Below, piece after piece: positions 62,422 to 64,000 of a stretch of 64,000 nucleotides of DNA (positions are counted from its first letter, which is position 1; each line of letters begins with the position of its first letter). The DNA comes from Alphaproteobacteria bacterium (GTDB taxonomy: Bacteria > Pseudomonadota > Alphaproteobacteria > GCA-2731375): the NCBI GenBank assembly GCA_965225945.1, contig CBDDBZ010000031.1:128001-192000 (forward strand), given 5' to 3'. Under the pieces are notes generated by a model, which saw only the letters and a list, made by a program, of their open reading frames with translations, did not search any database and had not been told where the DNA came from. Position numbers and translations under genes: made by a program.

Positions 62422-64000
62422 ATGAGCGCGCGAACCGACAGCTCGAGCGGCGTGATCGCCGTCCTCGGGCCCACCAACACCGGCAAGACCCATCTGGCGG
62501 TCGAGCGCATGCTCGCGCACGAGTCGGGCATGGTGGGCCTGCCGCTCCGCCTGCTGGCGCGGGAGGTCTATGACCGTGCCGTGGAGCTCAAGGGCCGCGC
62601 CCGGGTGGCGCTGATCACCGGCGAGGAGCGGATCCTGCCCCCGCGCCCGCGCTATTTCGTCTGCACCGTCGAATCGATGCCGCGCGACCGCGAGGTGGAA
62701 TTCCTCGCCGTCGACGAGATTCAACTCTGCGCCGATGGGGAGCGTGGCCACGTCTTCACCGACCGGCTGCTCCACGCGCGCGGCCGGCGGGAGACCATGT
62801 TCCTCGGCGCCGACACGATGCGCTGGGCCATCCGTGCCCTGCTGCCGGATGTCGAGTTCGTCTCCCGCCCCCGCTTCTCGGTGCTGCGCTATAGCGGCGA
62901 GCGCAGGCTCTCGCGCCTTCCCCGCCGCAGCGCCGTGGTTGCCTTCTCGGCCGAGGACGTCTATGGCCTGGCCGAGTTGATGCGCCGCCAGCGCGGCGGC
63001 TGCGCGGTGATCCTGGGCGCCCTCAGCCCGCGCACGCGAAACGCCCAGGTGGCGCTCTACCAGGCCGGCGAGGTGGACTATCTGGTGGCGACGGACGCCA
63101 TCGGCATGGGCCTCAACATGAATGTCGACCATGTCGCCTTCGCCGCGCTCGGGAAGTTCGACGGCTTTTTGCGCCGGCCGCTGGACGCGGCGGAGATCGC
63201 CCAGATCGGCGGGCGCGCCGGGCGACACATGAACGACGGCACGTTCGGGACCACGACGGGCGCCGGACCGATCGAGCCTGAGCTGGTGGAGAGCGTGGAG
63301 CGCCACCAGTTCGCCGCCATCCGTCACCTGCAATGGCGCGCCCGCGAGCTGGATTTCAATTCGACCCGCGATCTGGCTCGGAGCCTCGATGCGCCGCCAC
63401 CGCGCGAGATGCTGGTGAAGGCCCGGCCGAGCCACGATCTGGTGGCGCTGGAAGCGCTCGCCCGCGACCCCGAGATCGCGGCGTTGGCGCGGGGCCGGGC
63501 GGCGGTTCGCCGGCTCTGGGAGGTTTGCCGGATCCCCGATTTTCGCAAATCGATGACCGAGGCGCACCATCGCCTGCTCGCGCAAATTTACCGCCACCTG
63601 AGGTCGCGGGCGGGCGTCCTGCCGAGCGAGTGGGTGGCCGAGCAGGTCGAACGCCTGGACCGGAGCGACGGCGAAATCGACACGCTGGCCGCCCGTATCG
63701 CCCATGTCCGCACCTGGACCTACGTCTCGCACCGAAACGACTGGATGGTCGACGCCGAGGGCTGGCAGGCCCGCGCGCGGGAAATCGAGGACAAGCTCTC
63801 CGATGCGCTGCACCAGGCGCTCACCCGCCGCTTCGTCGATCGTCGCACTTCGGTCCTGATGCGCCGGATGAGCGAGCGGGGGAGGCTGCTGGGGGCGGTC
63901 ACCGGCGATGGCCAGGTCCTGGTCGAGGGGCAATACGTCGGTCGTCTGAAGGGGCTCGCCTTCACCCCGGACGCGGCCGATCCGGGGCCCGAGGCGCGCG
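62422..64000 (+). CDS. SUV3/MgpS-like SF2 helicase (runs off window end)
   Basis: Manual translation: AVLGPTNTGKT, PLRLLAREVY, VDEIQ, VATDAIGMGLN, QIGGRAGR. Confidence 0.92.
   Translation, partial: MSARTDSSSGVIAVLGPTNTGKTHLAVERMLAHESGMVGLPLRLLAREVYDRAVELKGRARVALITGEERILPPRPRYFVCTVESMPRDREVEFLAVDEIQLCADGERGHVFTDRLLHARGRRETMFLGADTMRWAIRALLPDVEFVSRPRFSVLRYSGERRLSRLPRRSAVVAFSAEDVYGLAELMRRQRGGCAVILGALSPRTRNAQVALYQAGEVDYLVATDAIGMGLNMNVDHVAFAALGKFDGFLRRPLDAAEIAQIGGRAGRHMNDGTFGTTTGAGPIEPELVESVERHQFAAIRHLQWRARELDFNSTRDLARSLDAPPPREMLVKARPSHDLVALEALARDPEIAALARGRAAVRRLWEVCRIPDFRKSMTEAHHRLLAQIYRHLRSRAGVLPSEWVAEQVERLDRSDGEIDTLAARIAHVRTWTYVSHRNDWMVDAEGWQARAREIEDKLSDALHQALTRRFVDRRTSVLMRRMSERGRLLGAVTGDGQVLVEGQYVGRLKGLAFTPDAADPGPEAR

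Overview
GC-rich alphaproteobacterial chromosome segment, judged from the rph-rdgB-hemW / hrcA-grpE layout, split gcvPA/gcvPB, rodZ and an MgpS/SUV3-like helicase. The right third (about 44.6-64 kb) is intact core genome with a tandem glycine riboswitch ahead of gcvT-H-PA-PB and a single IS4 insertion next to hrcA. The left two thirds mix intact catabolic genes with a dense set of IS elements and multiply hit pseudogenes. The catabolic genes cover quaternary-amine use (MttB-family methyltransferase, dimethylglycine-dehydrogenase-like protein, BKACE, gamma-butyrobetaine dioxygenase), otsB-GH15-otsA and a thiolase-like/DUF35 pair. The IS set includes IS630, IS1595, IS256, IS3-like, IS4, IS110, IS91, ISL3, IS481 and RAYT/REP remnants. 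The most unusual signals are: (1) several short insertions (16-209 bp) that are copies of internal or terminal pieces of IS elements found elsewhere in the window, joined through microhomologies; (2) a 756-bp transposase-less cassette with 43-bp perfect inverted repeats, each containing an NrdR-box-like palindrome, carrying an LRV-repeat passenger gene and nested in an IS256; (3) a two-ORF IS3-like element with 14-15 bp target duplications; (4) REP/REPIN-like hairpin elements, one of which excises in silico to restore a reading frame. All calls come from manual reading of the sequence; no database searches were run.
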